A DNA stretch of 64,000 nucleotides. Origin: Rebecca billardiae RCC1528. Lineage: Eukaryota; Protista; Haptophyta. Below, in pieces: positions 1-11,412 of the stretch. The notes under the pieces were generated by a model that was given only the letters and a program-made list of their open reading frames with translations, was not told the DNA's origin and did no database searches. The stretch spans positions 1,302,001 through 1,366,000 of the forward strand of contig OZ251229.1 of assembly GCA_965240325.2 (NCBI GenBank), read 5' to 3'. A program made the position numbers and the translations under genes. The first letter of the stretch is position 1, and every line of letters begins with the position of its first letter.

Positions 1-1379
1 CGGTCAGCTCGCTCGGAGATCGACCCCGCTCCTCAAATGCGTTGATTGCTTCCTCGTACAGTATCCGTACCGCGCGCTGAAACTTATAATTACAACATCG
101 TAACCGGAAGCCTGAACATTTCATATACATATGGTATCGTACCAGTACCCCCGGCCACTCATCAAGTCATCGGGAGCCTGAAATTCCCTAGAGATGATAT
201 CGTACTTATTCTATGATTTAACGACGCAGGTAGGACGACGCGGGTCTCCTGCCGATTCGTCGGCGGCGGCAGTGCCCGATCATCAGTACCAATTCTATGA
301 TTTAAAGATACAGGCACGAGGGCGGCAGACGCGCCGTTTATGAGTAATAAATCATGCTTTGAGGTGCGCTTTCTTAACTTTTTGCGACGACGATTTCCCG
401 CCCGTCCCGTTCTGCGATCGTGCTCACAACCCGGGGTCGAGGCGCATGACGGGCTTTGCCGTGCACGTCGCGCCCGTGCTCGCGGCTCATGCACGCCTCA
501 CGACCGAGACGCATGTCTTGCGCGCCCTCCTTTGGCTCGCACTGCGCTCTCCTCGCCGACAGCCTTGTGATCACGCGCGCCGCCATTTCAACCGGTTGCT
601 GGCCTGCCAGCTGTCGAGCGTGTGTGCGCGGTCTGATCGATGTCGGCATGGCTGCCGGCGAAGCAGTAATGTTGAGTACACCCATACCCATCTCGCAGAA
701 GCGAAAAAGCCGACCTTCGAATGCCCCAGGGGCGCACGCGTGCCCATCACGCTCGTCGGACAGGCCTTCTCCAGAACTGCGCTTGCCATCCGGCAGGTCT
801 CTGCGCGCGGAGAGGGCGGCGAGGGCGTCGACGAGGCGGCACGATTGCTGCCTACGGGTCTTCGAGCCCCCACAAAGTGCCCGCGCACGGCTGTCACGCC
901 CGCATGCGGCCTTGGGAGCGCTGCGCAGGCGGGCCCTCGCGTCGCCCAGTGCTCGCCATCCCGTTTTGGGCCGGGCTTGTTTTGCAAGCCGGAAGCCGGA
1001 AGCCCGCGGGCCCACACTGCCCGCACCGACTCGGCAAGGGAGGTCCCTTGGACTCGCGGTCGCGTCCGTGTTACCAGCTGGACAGTGTTCATCACTGACG
1101 AGGATGAGAGTCTGACGATTCGCAGTCCGGCGCCCGGACACGGGCGGCGCCACGGCGGAGCCGCGGGCGGCGCGCCGCGGCCGCCGCGCGGCCGCGCGCC
1201 CCCGCCCGGGTCCCGGGGCGCCGAGACTTCTGTCGGCTGTCCGCTGCTGTCTGAGTAGTGAGTAGTGAGTGACTCGCATTTAGAATTAGATTTATACTTA
1301 CAGGAGTAATGACGAGTGTTCCCGAACACGTATGAGACTGGTCATCTGCGCTCGAGTGAGTCTTGTCCCGTGGGCGGCG

Positions 1380-2267
1380 TCATCCATCGCCGCCTTGCTT
1401 GAGCTTGTCGTGCTGCGCCTTCCAGTGCGTCGCGGCCTTTCGCAGCTTGGCGACCATCTCGTTGGCCTTCGCCAGCTCCGCCTCGAGCGTGGCGACCCGC
1501 TCGGCGCCCGGCGGCGGGGCGGCCGCCGTGCCCGGCGCGGCGGCGGCGGCGGCGGTCGCGGCTGCGGCGGTGGGCGCGACTGCCGCGCGCGTGGCGGCCG
1601 CAGGCGCGGCGGCGGGCGGCGGCTGCTGCGGCCGCCGCCGCTGCTGCTCAGCCTCTTGCTGCAGCGCCTGCAGCCTCTGCTGCAGCTTGCGCGAGATCTC
1701 GAGCGACTTTGCGAGGCGCGCGCGCTCGGCGCTGAGCTCGGCCGCCGCCGCGACCGCTCGCTCCGTGCTCGCGCGCGCGCGCTCCTCCGCGTCCGCCGCG
1801 CGCCGCTCGGGGTCGGCGAGCTCGGCTGCCGGCGGCGCGTCCGCGTCGGCGGCCACGGCGGCGGTATTGGCGAGGTCCGCCGCCTCGCGTGCCGCCTCCG
1901 CCTCGGCCTCGGCCACGCCCAGCTCGGTCGAGAGCGTGCTCGTGAGCGCGGCGCCGACCGCCTCCAGCGCCGCGCGCGCCTCGGCGAGCTGCGCCTCGGC
2001 CTGCTGCGCGGCCGTCTCGGCCAGTCCCTCCATCTCGGTCGCCTCTCGGAGCGCAGGGCCCAGCCGGGACACCGCGGCCTGCGAGTCGGCGAGCTCGCGC
2101 TCGAGCGCGTCCGCGCGCGCGCGCAGGGCGCTCAGCTCGGCGCGCAGCGCGTCCGCGTCGGCGCGCGCGGCCGCGGCCGCCGCCTCCGCCGCCGCGCGCG
2201 CCGCCGCCGCCTCCGCGCCGGCTGCCGCCGCGTCGGCAGCCGGCGCGGCGGCTGCGGCGGCGCGCGC

Positions 2268-2302
<35 letters not shown>

Positions 2303-2878
2303 CGGCGCTCGCGGCCGCGCGCGCGGCGAGCGCCGCCTCCGCGTGCGCCTTGAGGGCGTCGTGCCGCTTCTTCCAGTGCGCGGCGGCGTTGCGCATCTTG
2401 CCCAGCTGCGCGCTCAGCTCGGCGTTGGCGGCGCTCAGCGCCTGCAGCTGCTGCGGCTGCGGCGGCGGCTGCGGCGGCAACGCTGCGGCGGGCGCTGAGG
2501 CGGGCGCGGTGGCGGGCGCGGTGGCGGCGGCGGCGGCGGTGGGTGCCGGCTCGCTCGCGCGCGCGGCGGCGTCGGCGGCGGCGGCGTCGCGCGCGCGCGC
2601 GAGCTCTACGCTCGCCGCCTCGGCCTCGCGGCTCAGCCCCTCGACACGCGCGCGCAACGCCGCCACCTCCGCCGCGAGGCCGTCCGCGCGCTTGGCGTCC
2701 GCGCTCGCGTGCTGCTCCAAGGCGGTGGCCGCCGCCTTCGCCTGCGCGGCCAATGCGTCCGCGCCGTCGGCGCGCGCCGCGGCGTCGTCGCGCGCCTTGA
2801 GGGCCGCGTCGCGCTCGCGCTGCGCGGCCTGCGCGGCGCGCTCGGCCACGAGCGCGCGCGCCTTCGCCCTCTTCAGCT

Positions 2879-2921
<43 letters not shown>

Positions 2922-5632
2922 GTCCGCGTCCGCGTGCGCAGCGGGCCGGTGGGTGGTGGCGCCGGCTGCGGCCGCGTCGCCAGCCGCGCCGCCGGCGGGG
3001 GCGGGCGGCGCGGCCGCCGGCCCGGCGTCAGCGGCCTGCTCCGGCGCGTCCTCGCGCGCGCTGCCCGCGCCGCTACCCGCCGCGCTGCCCGCCGCCTCCG
3101 CCAGCTCCGCTCGCGCCCCATCCGCCTGGGTGTGCGCTGCGTCCGCGTGCGCGCGCCGCGCGTCCGCGTCCGCGCGCGCGGCCTTGAGCTCCGCGCGCGC
3201 GGCCGCGAGCGCCTCCTGCACGGAGGCGAGCGTGGCGGCGGTCGCCTCCGCCTCCTCGGCCACGGCCGCGCCGCTGGCCGTCGGCGCCGCGCGCGCCGCC
3301 GCCGTCGCCTCCGCCGCCCTCGCCTCCGCCGCCGTCGCCGCGTCGCGCGCGCTCGCCGCGTCCGCGCGCGCCGCCTGCAGCTCAGTGCGCGCACTGCTCG
3401 CTTCCTGCTGTGCACCCAGCAGCGCGGCCTTGGCCTTGTCGAACTGGGCCTTCCAGTGGGACGCCGCCTTGCGCATCTTCTCCAGCCGCGCGTCCACCGC
3501 GCCGCCCTCCGCCGCGCCCGCGCCCGCCTCCGCCTGCGCGGGCGCGCCCGACCCGCCGGCTCCGGGAGGGTGCGCACTGCGCGCGCGCTCGGCTGCGGCT
3601 GCGCGGGCGGTGCGTGTGCGTGCGAGCGCGCGCGGCGGCGGCGGGCGGCGCGTGAGGCGGGCGTGGGCGGGCGCGCGCGATGCGGCGCGGCGCGGCGCGG
3701 CGCGGCGCGCGGACCTGCTGCCTGCGCCGTCTGCGCCTCTGCTGCGCCGGCGGTCGGCGTGGCGAGGGCGGGCGGCTGCGGCTGCGGCGGCTGCGGCTGC
3801 GGCGGCTGCGGCTGCGGCGGCTGCGGCGGCTGCGGCGGCTGCGGCGGCTGCGGCGGCTGCGGTGGCTGCGGCTGCTGCTGCAGCAGCGTGTTCTGCGCGC
3901 GCACGAGCGACAGCGCCTCGCGCAGCGCGGCGGCGAGCGCGTCGGGCGCGAGGGAGCCCGCCGGGCCGCTCGCGCCGCCCGCGTCCGCCGTCGCGCCGCT
4001 GCCGCCGCCGCCGCGCTCGCCGCGCCGCCCGCGGCCACCTCGCGCGCCCGGCGCCGCCGCGCCGCGCGCACCGCCGCGCGCAGGCGCGGCCGCCGACGCG
4101 GCCGCACCGGCGGCGGCGCCGAGCTCGCGCGCGCGCGCGCGCGCCTCCGCGCCGTTCGCGCGAGCCTCCGCCGCCGCGAGCGCCTCGCGCAGCCGCGCCG
4201 CCTCCGCCTCGCCCTCGGCGCGCGCGCGCGTGAGCTCATCCTCCAGCGCTGCGAGCGCGGCCGCGCCGCCGCGCGTCGCGCCGAGCGCCGCGCGCGCGCC
4301 GTCGGCGGCGGCGGGCGGCGGCGGCGGGGCGGCGAGCGCGGCGGAGGGCTCGAGCTCAGAGACCAGGCCGCGCAGCGCGCACCCCGCCGTCGCCGCGTTG
4401 AACAGCGCGCGGTACAGCGCCTCGGCGGCGCGCGCGCGCTCCGCGTCCGCGCGCGCGCGCTCCGCGGCGCCGCGCGCGCGCGCGGCCGCCTCGCGCGCCT
4501 CGTCGCGCTCGGCGCGCGCGTTGGCCGCGCGCGCGTCGGCCGCGGCGGCGTCGGCTGCGCGGAGCGCCTCGGCCGACGCCTCGACCGACGCGGCGCGCGC
4601 CTCCGCGCGCGCGCACCGCTCGGCGAGGCCCGACGCATCGGCGGGCGCGCGCGCGCCGGCCGCGGCCGCGCCGGCCGCCGCCTCGGCCGCGGCCGCGCGC
4701 GCCTCGGCGTCGGCGCGCGCGAGCAGCGCGGCGGAGAGCCTGTCGGCCAGGCTCTCGGCGCGCGCGCGCGCCTCGCCCAGCTGCGCGCCGCGCGCCGCCA
4801 TCCGCGACGCCTCCGCCTCCACCCGCCCCACGAGCGAGTGCAGCTGCGCCTCGGCCGCCTCCGCGCGCGACAGCGCGCGCGCGCGCCCGCTCTCGGCCGC
4901 GTGGCAGCGCGCGGTGAGCTCGGCGAAGGTGAGCTCGCCCACGCGCTCGAGCGAGAGCCGCCGACGCTTCGCGCTCGGGCCGGGCGAGCCCGACGCCTCG
5001 TCGTCCGCCGCGGCGGCACCGGCCGGTCCGGTCGGTCCGGATGGTCCGGAGGGTCGGGAGGAGGGACCGGGGGACTCGGCGGCGCGCTCGCGAGCGGCGC
5101 TCGGCGGCGCGGGCGAGGGCGGCGCGCGGGGCGGCGGGGCGGCGGCGAGGCCGAAGAGCGGCGTGGACACCGCCGCGCCGCCCGCCGCCGCGCCGCCCGC
5201 CGCCGCCGCCGAGCGCCGCGCGCTCTCGTGCTGCTGCTCCTGCAGCCGCAGCTTGGTCGAGCGCAGCTCTTCGCGAGCGGACTGCGCGGCCGCCTTCTCC
5301 TGGCGGAGCGCCGCCTGGGCCTTCTCGAGGAGGCAGCGGAGCGCGCTCACCTCCGCGCGCATAGACGCGCCCTCGCGGCGCGAGGCCGACGCCTCGCCCG
5401 CGTGGCGCGCGGCCGCGGCGTCGCATGCGCTCAGCTCGGCGCCCAGCGCCGCCGCCGCGACGGCGGAGGACGCGGCGGCGGTGAGGTCGTCGGCCACGGG
5501 CGGCGGCGGGGCATGCGCGCTGCGCGCGCCGCTGCCCGCACCGCCGGCGCTGGGCAGCGCGCTGAGCGCGCGCTTCACCTCCGCCTCGAGCCGCTGGTTG
5601 AGCGAGCCGAGCTCGGCGAGGCTCGACGCCAT
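1380..5632 (-). CDS. Large Ala-rich coiled-coil protein of unknown function, 2 exons (5632-3715, 3598-1380)
   Basis: ORF 2873..5632 ([20 protein letters not shown]...) reads as heptad-like protein to 3715. A phase-1 intron (GT at 3714, AG at 3599-3600) joins it in frame to ORF 1380..3497. The protein has three copies of an xxK[ML]RxAAxHWK motif. Confidence 0.7.
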
Positions 5633-5857
5633 GCCGACCGACGAGCGTCGCCGGGATGGTTGGTCCGGCCGCGTCCAAGCCCGGACCGGTCACCCACAAC
5701 GACCGGGCCACCTAGACACCCTTGGTCAACGGCAATCTCGACCGATCCCGAAGTTCCAGACATCGACGGGCAAAAGTCGCCGCGACGGCAGCTGCATTGC
5801 TCACAGCAGACCACCCAGCCCGTCTCCAGCGCGCACTCCACACACCCGCACCTCTCG

Positions 5858-6476
5858 ATGGGGAAGGACGACAAGAAGGTTGAGGGCGCCGCGGTCGGCA
5901 TCGACCTCGGCACCACGTACTCGTGCGTCGGCATCTGGCAGAACGACCGCGTCGAGATCATCGCCAACGACCAGGGCAACCGCACGACGCCGTCGTACGT
6001 CGCGTTCACCGACTCGGAGCGGATGATCGGCGACGCGGCGAAGAACCAGGCGGCGATGAACCCGCGCAACACGGTGTTCGACGCAAAGCGCCTCATCGGC
6101 CGCCGCTTCGCCGACGCCGCCGTGCAGTCCGACATCAAGCACTGGCCGTTCAAGGTGGTGCCGAAGGAGGGCGACAAGCCGTACATCCAGGTGGAGTACA
6201 AGGGCGAGACGAAGGACTTTGCGCCGGAGGAGATCTCGTCGATGGTGCTCGTCAAGATGAAGGAGGTCGCGGAGGCGTACCTCGGCTCCGACGTGCCCAA
6301 CGCGGTGATCACCGTGCCCGCCTACTTCAACGACTCGCAGCGCGCGTCGACCAAGGACGCGGGCTCGATCGCCGGCCTCAACGTGCTGCGCATCATCAAC
6401 GAGCCCACCGCCGCCGCGATCGCGTACGGCCTGGACAAGAAGACGACGCAGGAGCGCAACGTGCTCATCTTCGACC

Positions 6477-6508
<32 letters not shown>

Positions 6509-7828
6509 ACGATCGAGGAGGGCATCTTCGAGGTGAAGGCGACCGCGGGCGACACGCACCTCGGCGGCGAGGACTTTGACAACCGGCTGGTCAACCACTT
6601 CGTGCAGGAGTTCAAGCGCAAGCACAAGCAGGACATCACGGGGAACGCGCGCGCGATGCGCCGGCTGCGCACGGCGTGCGAGCGCGCGAAGCGCACGCTC
6701 TCCGCCTCGACGCAGACCTCGATCGAGATCGACTCGCTCTTCGACGGCATCGACTTCTTCTCCTCGATCACGCGCGCGCGCTTCGAGGAGCTCTGCATGG
6801 ATTTGTTCCGCGGCACGCTCGAGCCCGTCGAGAAGGTGCTGCGCGACTCGAAGGTGGACAAGCGCTCGGTGCACGACGTCGTGCTCGTCGGCGGCTCGAC
6901 GCGCATCCCCAAGGTGCAGTCGCTGCTCTCGGACTACTTCAACGGCAAGGAGCCCAGCCGCTCGATCAACCCGGACGAGGCGGTCGCGTACGGCGCGGCC
7001 GTGCAGGCGGCGATCCTCGCGGGCACCGGCTCGGAGAAGACCTCCGAGCTGCTGCTCCTCGACGTGACGCCGCTCTCGCTCGGCATCGAGACGGCGGGTG
7101 AGGTCATGTCCGTGCTCATCCCGCGCAACACCACCGTGCCGACGAAGAAGTCGCAGACGTTCTCGACGTACTCGGACAACCAGCCGGCGGTCACGATCCA
7201 GGTGTTCGAGGGCGAGCGCTCGCGCACCAAGGACAACAACAAGCTCGGCGAGTTCAACCTCACGGGCATCCCGCCGATGCCGCGCGGCGTGCCGCAGATC
7301 GACGTCACCTTCGACATCGACGCGAACGGCATCCTCAACGTCTCGGCGGTCGAGAAGTCGACGGGCTCGGAGAAGAAGATCACGATCGCGAACGACAAGT
7401 CGCGGCTGTCCAAGGAGGACGTGGAGAAGATGACCGCCGAGGCGGAGAAGTACAAGCGCGAGGACGAGGAGTTCAAGGCGCGCGTCGAGTCGAAGAACGG
7501 CCTCGAGAACTACTGCTACCAGATGAAGGGCGCGGTCGAGGACGACAAGGTGAAGGACAAGATCGACCCCGCCGACAAGGAGAAGGCGGTCGGCGCGATC
7601 AAGGAGGCGCTCGACTGGCTCGAGAAGAACCAGATGGCCGAGAAGGAGGAGTTCGAGCACAAGCAGAAGGAGGTCGAGGGCGTGTGCTCGCCCATCATCC
7701 AAAAGATGTACGCCGCCGGCGGCGGCGCGGGCGGCATGCCGGGGATGGGCGGCATGCCGGGGGGCATGCCGGGCGGCGGCGCGCCGCCCCCGGGCGGCAA
7801 CGCGCCCAACATCGAGGAGGTCGACTGA
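5858..7828 (+). CDS. HSP70: Cytosolic heat-shock protein 70 (656 aa, intronless)
   Basis: [66 protein letters not shown] repeats and C-terminal EEVD. ATG at 5858 ([10 protein letters not shown]). Confidence 0.98.
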
Positions 7829-8021
7829 GCGTAGAACACAACGGTGAGCGACGTCCCTGAACATCTGCTACGTCATCAGCATCCTTGCACGAAGACACGC
7901 CGACTGACGGTGATGACGGTCGCCGGCTCGAATCACGGCGCGCGCGCCGGGTACGCAGGCAGTCCCGCGCGGCCGGGTCGGGTCACACCAAGGGCTGGTG
8001 TGACGTGATCCGCGTCGTCAT

Positions 8022-8103
8022 CACACACACACAGAGAGAGAGACAGACAGACACACACACACACACGCGCGCGCGCACAGTATAATGATGTAGTCGTATA
8101 CGG

Positions 8104-8158
<55 letters not shown>
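8022..8158. repeat. Compound (CA)n/(GA)n microsatellites
   Basis: CA/GA tracts at about 8022-8066 and a pure (AG)n run at 8107-8158. Confidence 0.95.
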
Positions 8159-8161
<3 letters not shown>

Positions 8162-8708
8162 ACTATAGCAGTCGCCGGGATCAGACTAACGGTTAGTACC
8201 TGCGTCTTGGTACTGTTACTGAGTTTAGTCGGTAGTAGCCTGCTTCTGCGACCTGTCGTGGCCTCGACGCCGCGCTGCAACGCGCTGATGACGTCCGAGG
8301 CCGAAGTAACTAGACGACGTGCGCCTGCCGGCAGTGCTGCTGTCAGACATATCAGGAACGGCGCCGGCCTTATTCGACTGGCCCTGCTGGCGATCACAGC
8401 TCGTCATCAGATCACTGCTGCTTGTCTGCTGTCAGAAATTGTGTCATCCTATGACGGGCCGTAGTATACTGCTGCAAGCTTCGACCAGTACCACTACAGA
8501 CGAATCAGGAGAGCTGCGCCCTCGTGCCTGTGTCTTTAAATCATAGAATTCGTATGATCATTTAATTATTAATGGCGCAGCAGGACAGGAGGAAATTGTG
8601 CCGCCTGATGGCTTATAATAGGCGAGGTCCGACCGTCACAACGTACGCCCGGTGAGCAGCGGTCGTCGCTACGCTCAACGCTGTCGCTGGCGTCTGCTCT
8701 GCACGGAG

Positions 8709-10148
8709 TCAATCTGAGAGTGTCACCGGACGAAGGGCGGCGGCGGCGTCATCGTCACGACACCTAGATAGCTCGGCCACGTTGAGCGGCTGGCAGCTCT
8801 GCGCGGCCAACGTGGCGAGCACGAGCACGACCGCCTCGCGCGGCACCCCGGCTCGCCCCGCGGCGAGCGCGAACGCGCGCGCGCGCGCGCGGAACGGCGT
8901 CGGGAAGAGCGCGTGCACGTGCGCGAGTGGCGCCCACTCCACGCCCACCCACGGCGCGACCGCGCGCAGCGCGCGCACCGAGCGCACGTGGATGTGCGTG
9001 GCGGCGTGCGGCTGGCGCGAGGCGTACGCGCGGTAGAGGAGCGCGTGCGCGTTCTCGAGCTTCAGCGCCTCCGGCCGGTGCGCCCCGTCCACGGCGGCCG
9101 CGCCCAGGCACGAGTTGTGCACTCGCACCGGGCGGCGGGCGCGCATGCGCTCGGCGACGTCGACGGCCGGCGCGCGCCGCCCGCCCGAGCGCTGCAGCCA
9201 CTCGGCCCACTGCGCGACGACGCGGTCGCACAGGTGGTGGTCGTTGGGCGCCCCGCTGATCGGCGCGCCTCGGCCGAGCAGCGCGAGCGCCAGGTCGACG
9301 CGCCGCACGTCCAGCGCTGCCTTCACGCACTCAAAGCTCAGCCCGACGGCGGAAGACGGCTCGCTGTCGTCGCTCGGGCCGTCGCTCGCCGCACCTCCGA
9401 AGCACAGCGCGTCTGCGAGCGCGGGCCGGCGCGAGCGGATGGCGTGGCACACGTGCCGAGCGCTCACGGGCAGCCCCGCATCGACCCATGTGCGCGCCGC
9501 CGGGCCCACGCCCTTCAGGATTGCCCACTCGAGCAGCACCACGGGCGGCCTCGAGGCGCGCGCACAGGCGGCGCTCAGGGCGGCGCGCAGCGCGTGTCTG
9601 TGCGCCGGGCTGGCAGCGCCCGCGAGGACGGAGCCAAACTGGCGCATGTCGATGACGTCGACGCCGCACGTGGTGACGAGGAGCGAGATCATGGGCACGT
9701 TGAAGCCACGCAGGGCCGCGATCAGCAGCTCGGTCCCCGCGCCGCGCTCCGAGAGGTCGATTGCCGGCCGTCCCGGGCGCGCGCGCCCCACGTCGAACGC
9801 GGCCTCGAACGGCACGGCGCTCACGCGCGACCAGAGCCGCTCGACGTCCGCGTCGAAGGCCTCGCATGCGGGTGCATCTACGAGTGCACGCAGGACGTTG
9901 AGCTCCTTCGTGCTCGGCGCGCGGAAGAGGTGCTTCGCCCACGCGTCGAGCGCGTTCGCCAGCGATCGCTTGAGACGGCGGCGCGCCCGGAACCGCGACC
10001 ACTCCAGGGCAGAGCGTCGGACGGCGTAGAGCTCGCGCATGGTCTGCACGTCGGCTTTCGAAGCCGCGCGCTGCAGGAGGCGCGCGCTGGACTCGTCGTC
10101 GATCATCAGCGCGAGCGCCTCCGACGTCGGCGTGCTCGGCTCGATCAT
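8709..10148 (-). CDS. Hypothetical protein with degenerate ankyrin-like repeats (479 aa)
   Basis: Single ORF with helix-loop segments (LLIAALRGFNVPMISLLVTTCGVDV; AALDVRRVDLALALLGRGAPI). The C-terminal WxPxxHxLFPxxFRxxxxxF motif is typical of algal ankyrin-repeat proteins. Confidence 0.65.
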   Translation of the reverse strand: MIEPSTPTSEALALMIDDESSARLLQRAASKADVQTMRELYAVRRSALEWSRFRARRRLKRSLANALDAWAKHLFRAPSTKELNVLRALVDAPACEAFDADVERLWSRVSAVPFEAAFDVGRARPGRPAIDLSERGAGTELLIAALRGFNVPMISLLVTTCGVDVIDMRQFGSVLAGAASPAHRHALRAALSAACARASRPPVVLLEWAILKGVGPAARTWVDAGLPVSARHVCHAIRSRRPALADALCFGGAASDGPSDDSEPSSAVGLSFECVKAALDVRRVDLALALLGRGAPISGAPNDHHLCDRVVAQWAEWLQRSGGRRAPAVDVAERMRARRPVRVHNSCLGAAAVDGAHRPEALKLENAHALLYRAYASRQPHAATHIHVRSVRALRAVAPWVGVEWAPLAHVHALFPTPFRARARAFALAAGRAGVPREAVVLVLATLAAQSCQPLNVAELSRCRDDDAAAALRPVTLSD

Positions 10149-10649
10149 GCTCGCGCCGTCCGTGCGGGTCTTGGACGTGCGGACCGGTCTACGGTCTCGA
10201 ACGGCTGCCGTTTGTCCACGTATGGATACTACACTCTGACAGTATGGATACTACTACACTCTGACAGTACTGACTACTGGTACTTAGAATACTACGGTAT
10301 CGGAACGTACAGTACGCCTGCTTGCGCTGGTAAGGACGTGCGCAGCACGGGCAGCTGGCAGGTCGACACTGTCAACATTTGTTGCACCATGCCACCATCG
10401 CCGGTTCGGCCCGCGTCCGCGACCACCCTGAGACTGTTACCAGGGCTGAAGGCACCAGCAGCGAGCGTGAGCGTAGCGGTCGGCCGGCGCCGCGCCAACG
10501 AAGCGAACCCGCGTGCGTCAGCTGGCGCGCAGATTGCACTGACGGTCTGATAGACTGGTGCCCCAGAGCCCAGAAGAAAGGGGGACGTTGACGGTCCGAG
10601 GCGGCAGGCGGGATCAGCCGCCTCGACGAGCAGGCGGCGCGGGCGCAGC

Positions 10650-11195
10650 TCATGCCGCGTCCTTCTTCTGCTTCTTCTCATCGCGGCGCTTGCGCTTCGC
10701 GGCTTCGCGCCTGTCCGTCCGGTTGCCGCCGGGCCCGCTGCTCGCGCTCGCCGTCTCCGCCTGCGCCTCGGAGCGCCTCTGCGCCGCGTTCGCCAGCTCC
10801 TCCCACACAGGCTTTGGCTTGTTTGCGTCGAGCTCCTGCGCCATCTGCGCGCGCTCCGCCTCGAGGATCTGCGCCTCGCGCTCCATGCCCTGCGCGCGCA
10901 GCTTCTCCGCCATGTCGGCTCTCGCGTCGATGGCCTCCTTCTTGCGCTGCCCCGCCTGCATGTCCTGGAAGACGAGCCAGCCGATGCCGCCGAGCAGGAG
11001 CGCCAGCAGCGCCACGTACGCGCCCACAAACGCGGTGGCGTCCGAGCCGCCGGAGGAGCCGGCGATGTCGGCGCCGGCGCCGTCAACGGAGAGATCGGCG
11101 AGGGCCCAGGCGCTCGGGAAGTCCGCGCGGCCGAGCACGGGGCGCTGCAGCAGCGCGCTCGCGCCCGGCACGCCCGCGACGCGAGGCAGCAGCAT
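10650..11195 (-). CDS. Small single-pass membrane protein with charged C-terminal tail (about 181 aa; start uncertain)
   Basis: 3' part of ORF 10650..11816 has a hydrophobic helix (AFVGAYVALLALLLGGIGWLVF) followed by a charged helical tail ending NRxxRR...KKQKK. Codon usage looks coding. ATG at 11195 assumed. Confidence 0.6.
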   Translation of the reverse strand: MLLPRVAGVPGASALLQRPVLGRADFPSAWALADLSVDGAGADIAGSSGGSDATAFVGAYVALLALLLGGIGWLVFQDMQAGQRKKEAIDARADMAEKLRAQGMEREAQILEAERAQMAQELDANKPKPVWEELANAAQRRSEAQAETASASSGPGGNRTDRREAAKRKRRDEKKQKKDAA

Positions 11196-11412
11196 CGTGC
11201 GCGGCGCGAATCCGAGGCTGCACGCAGGCGAGACGACAGTCGTCGTGCACTGCACGCTCGCTCGGCAGCGGAGCGCCTCCCCGGACGCACGCCAGCCGCC
11301 ATTCCCGCTTGCTTCGGATGCTTCCAGTAGTGGCAGGCTTCGTCTCGCTGATTGGATGAGCCGATGCCGCCGCGCATCATCCGGCCACGCGGGGCACTGG
11401 CGGAGGCGCATT

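Noticed and set aside
340-1329. ORFs at the window start
   Set aside because: They overlap in all frames with no recognisable motif or coding-like codon bias.
5745-5762. Heat-shock element upstream of HSP70 (GAAGTTCCAGA)
   Set aside because: The spacing does not fit nGAAnnTTCnnGAAn, so it is too weak to call.
5801-7864. 687-aa antisense ORF over HSP70
   Set aside because: This is the well-known stop-free antisense frame of GC3-rich HSP70 genes, often mis-annotated as NAD-glutamate dehydrogenase. There is no independent evidence for it.
8285-8306. Hammerhead ribozyme core (CTGATGA...GAAG)
   Set aside because: It lacks GAAA and a proper stem II and flanking stems.
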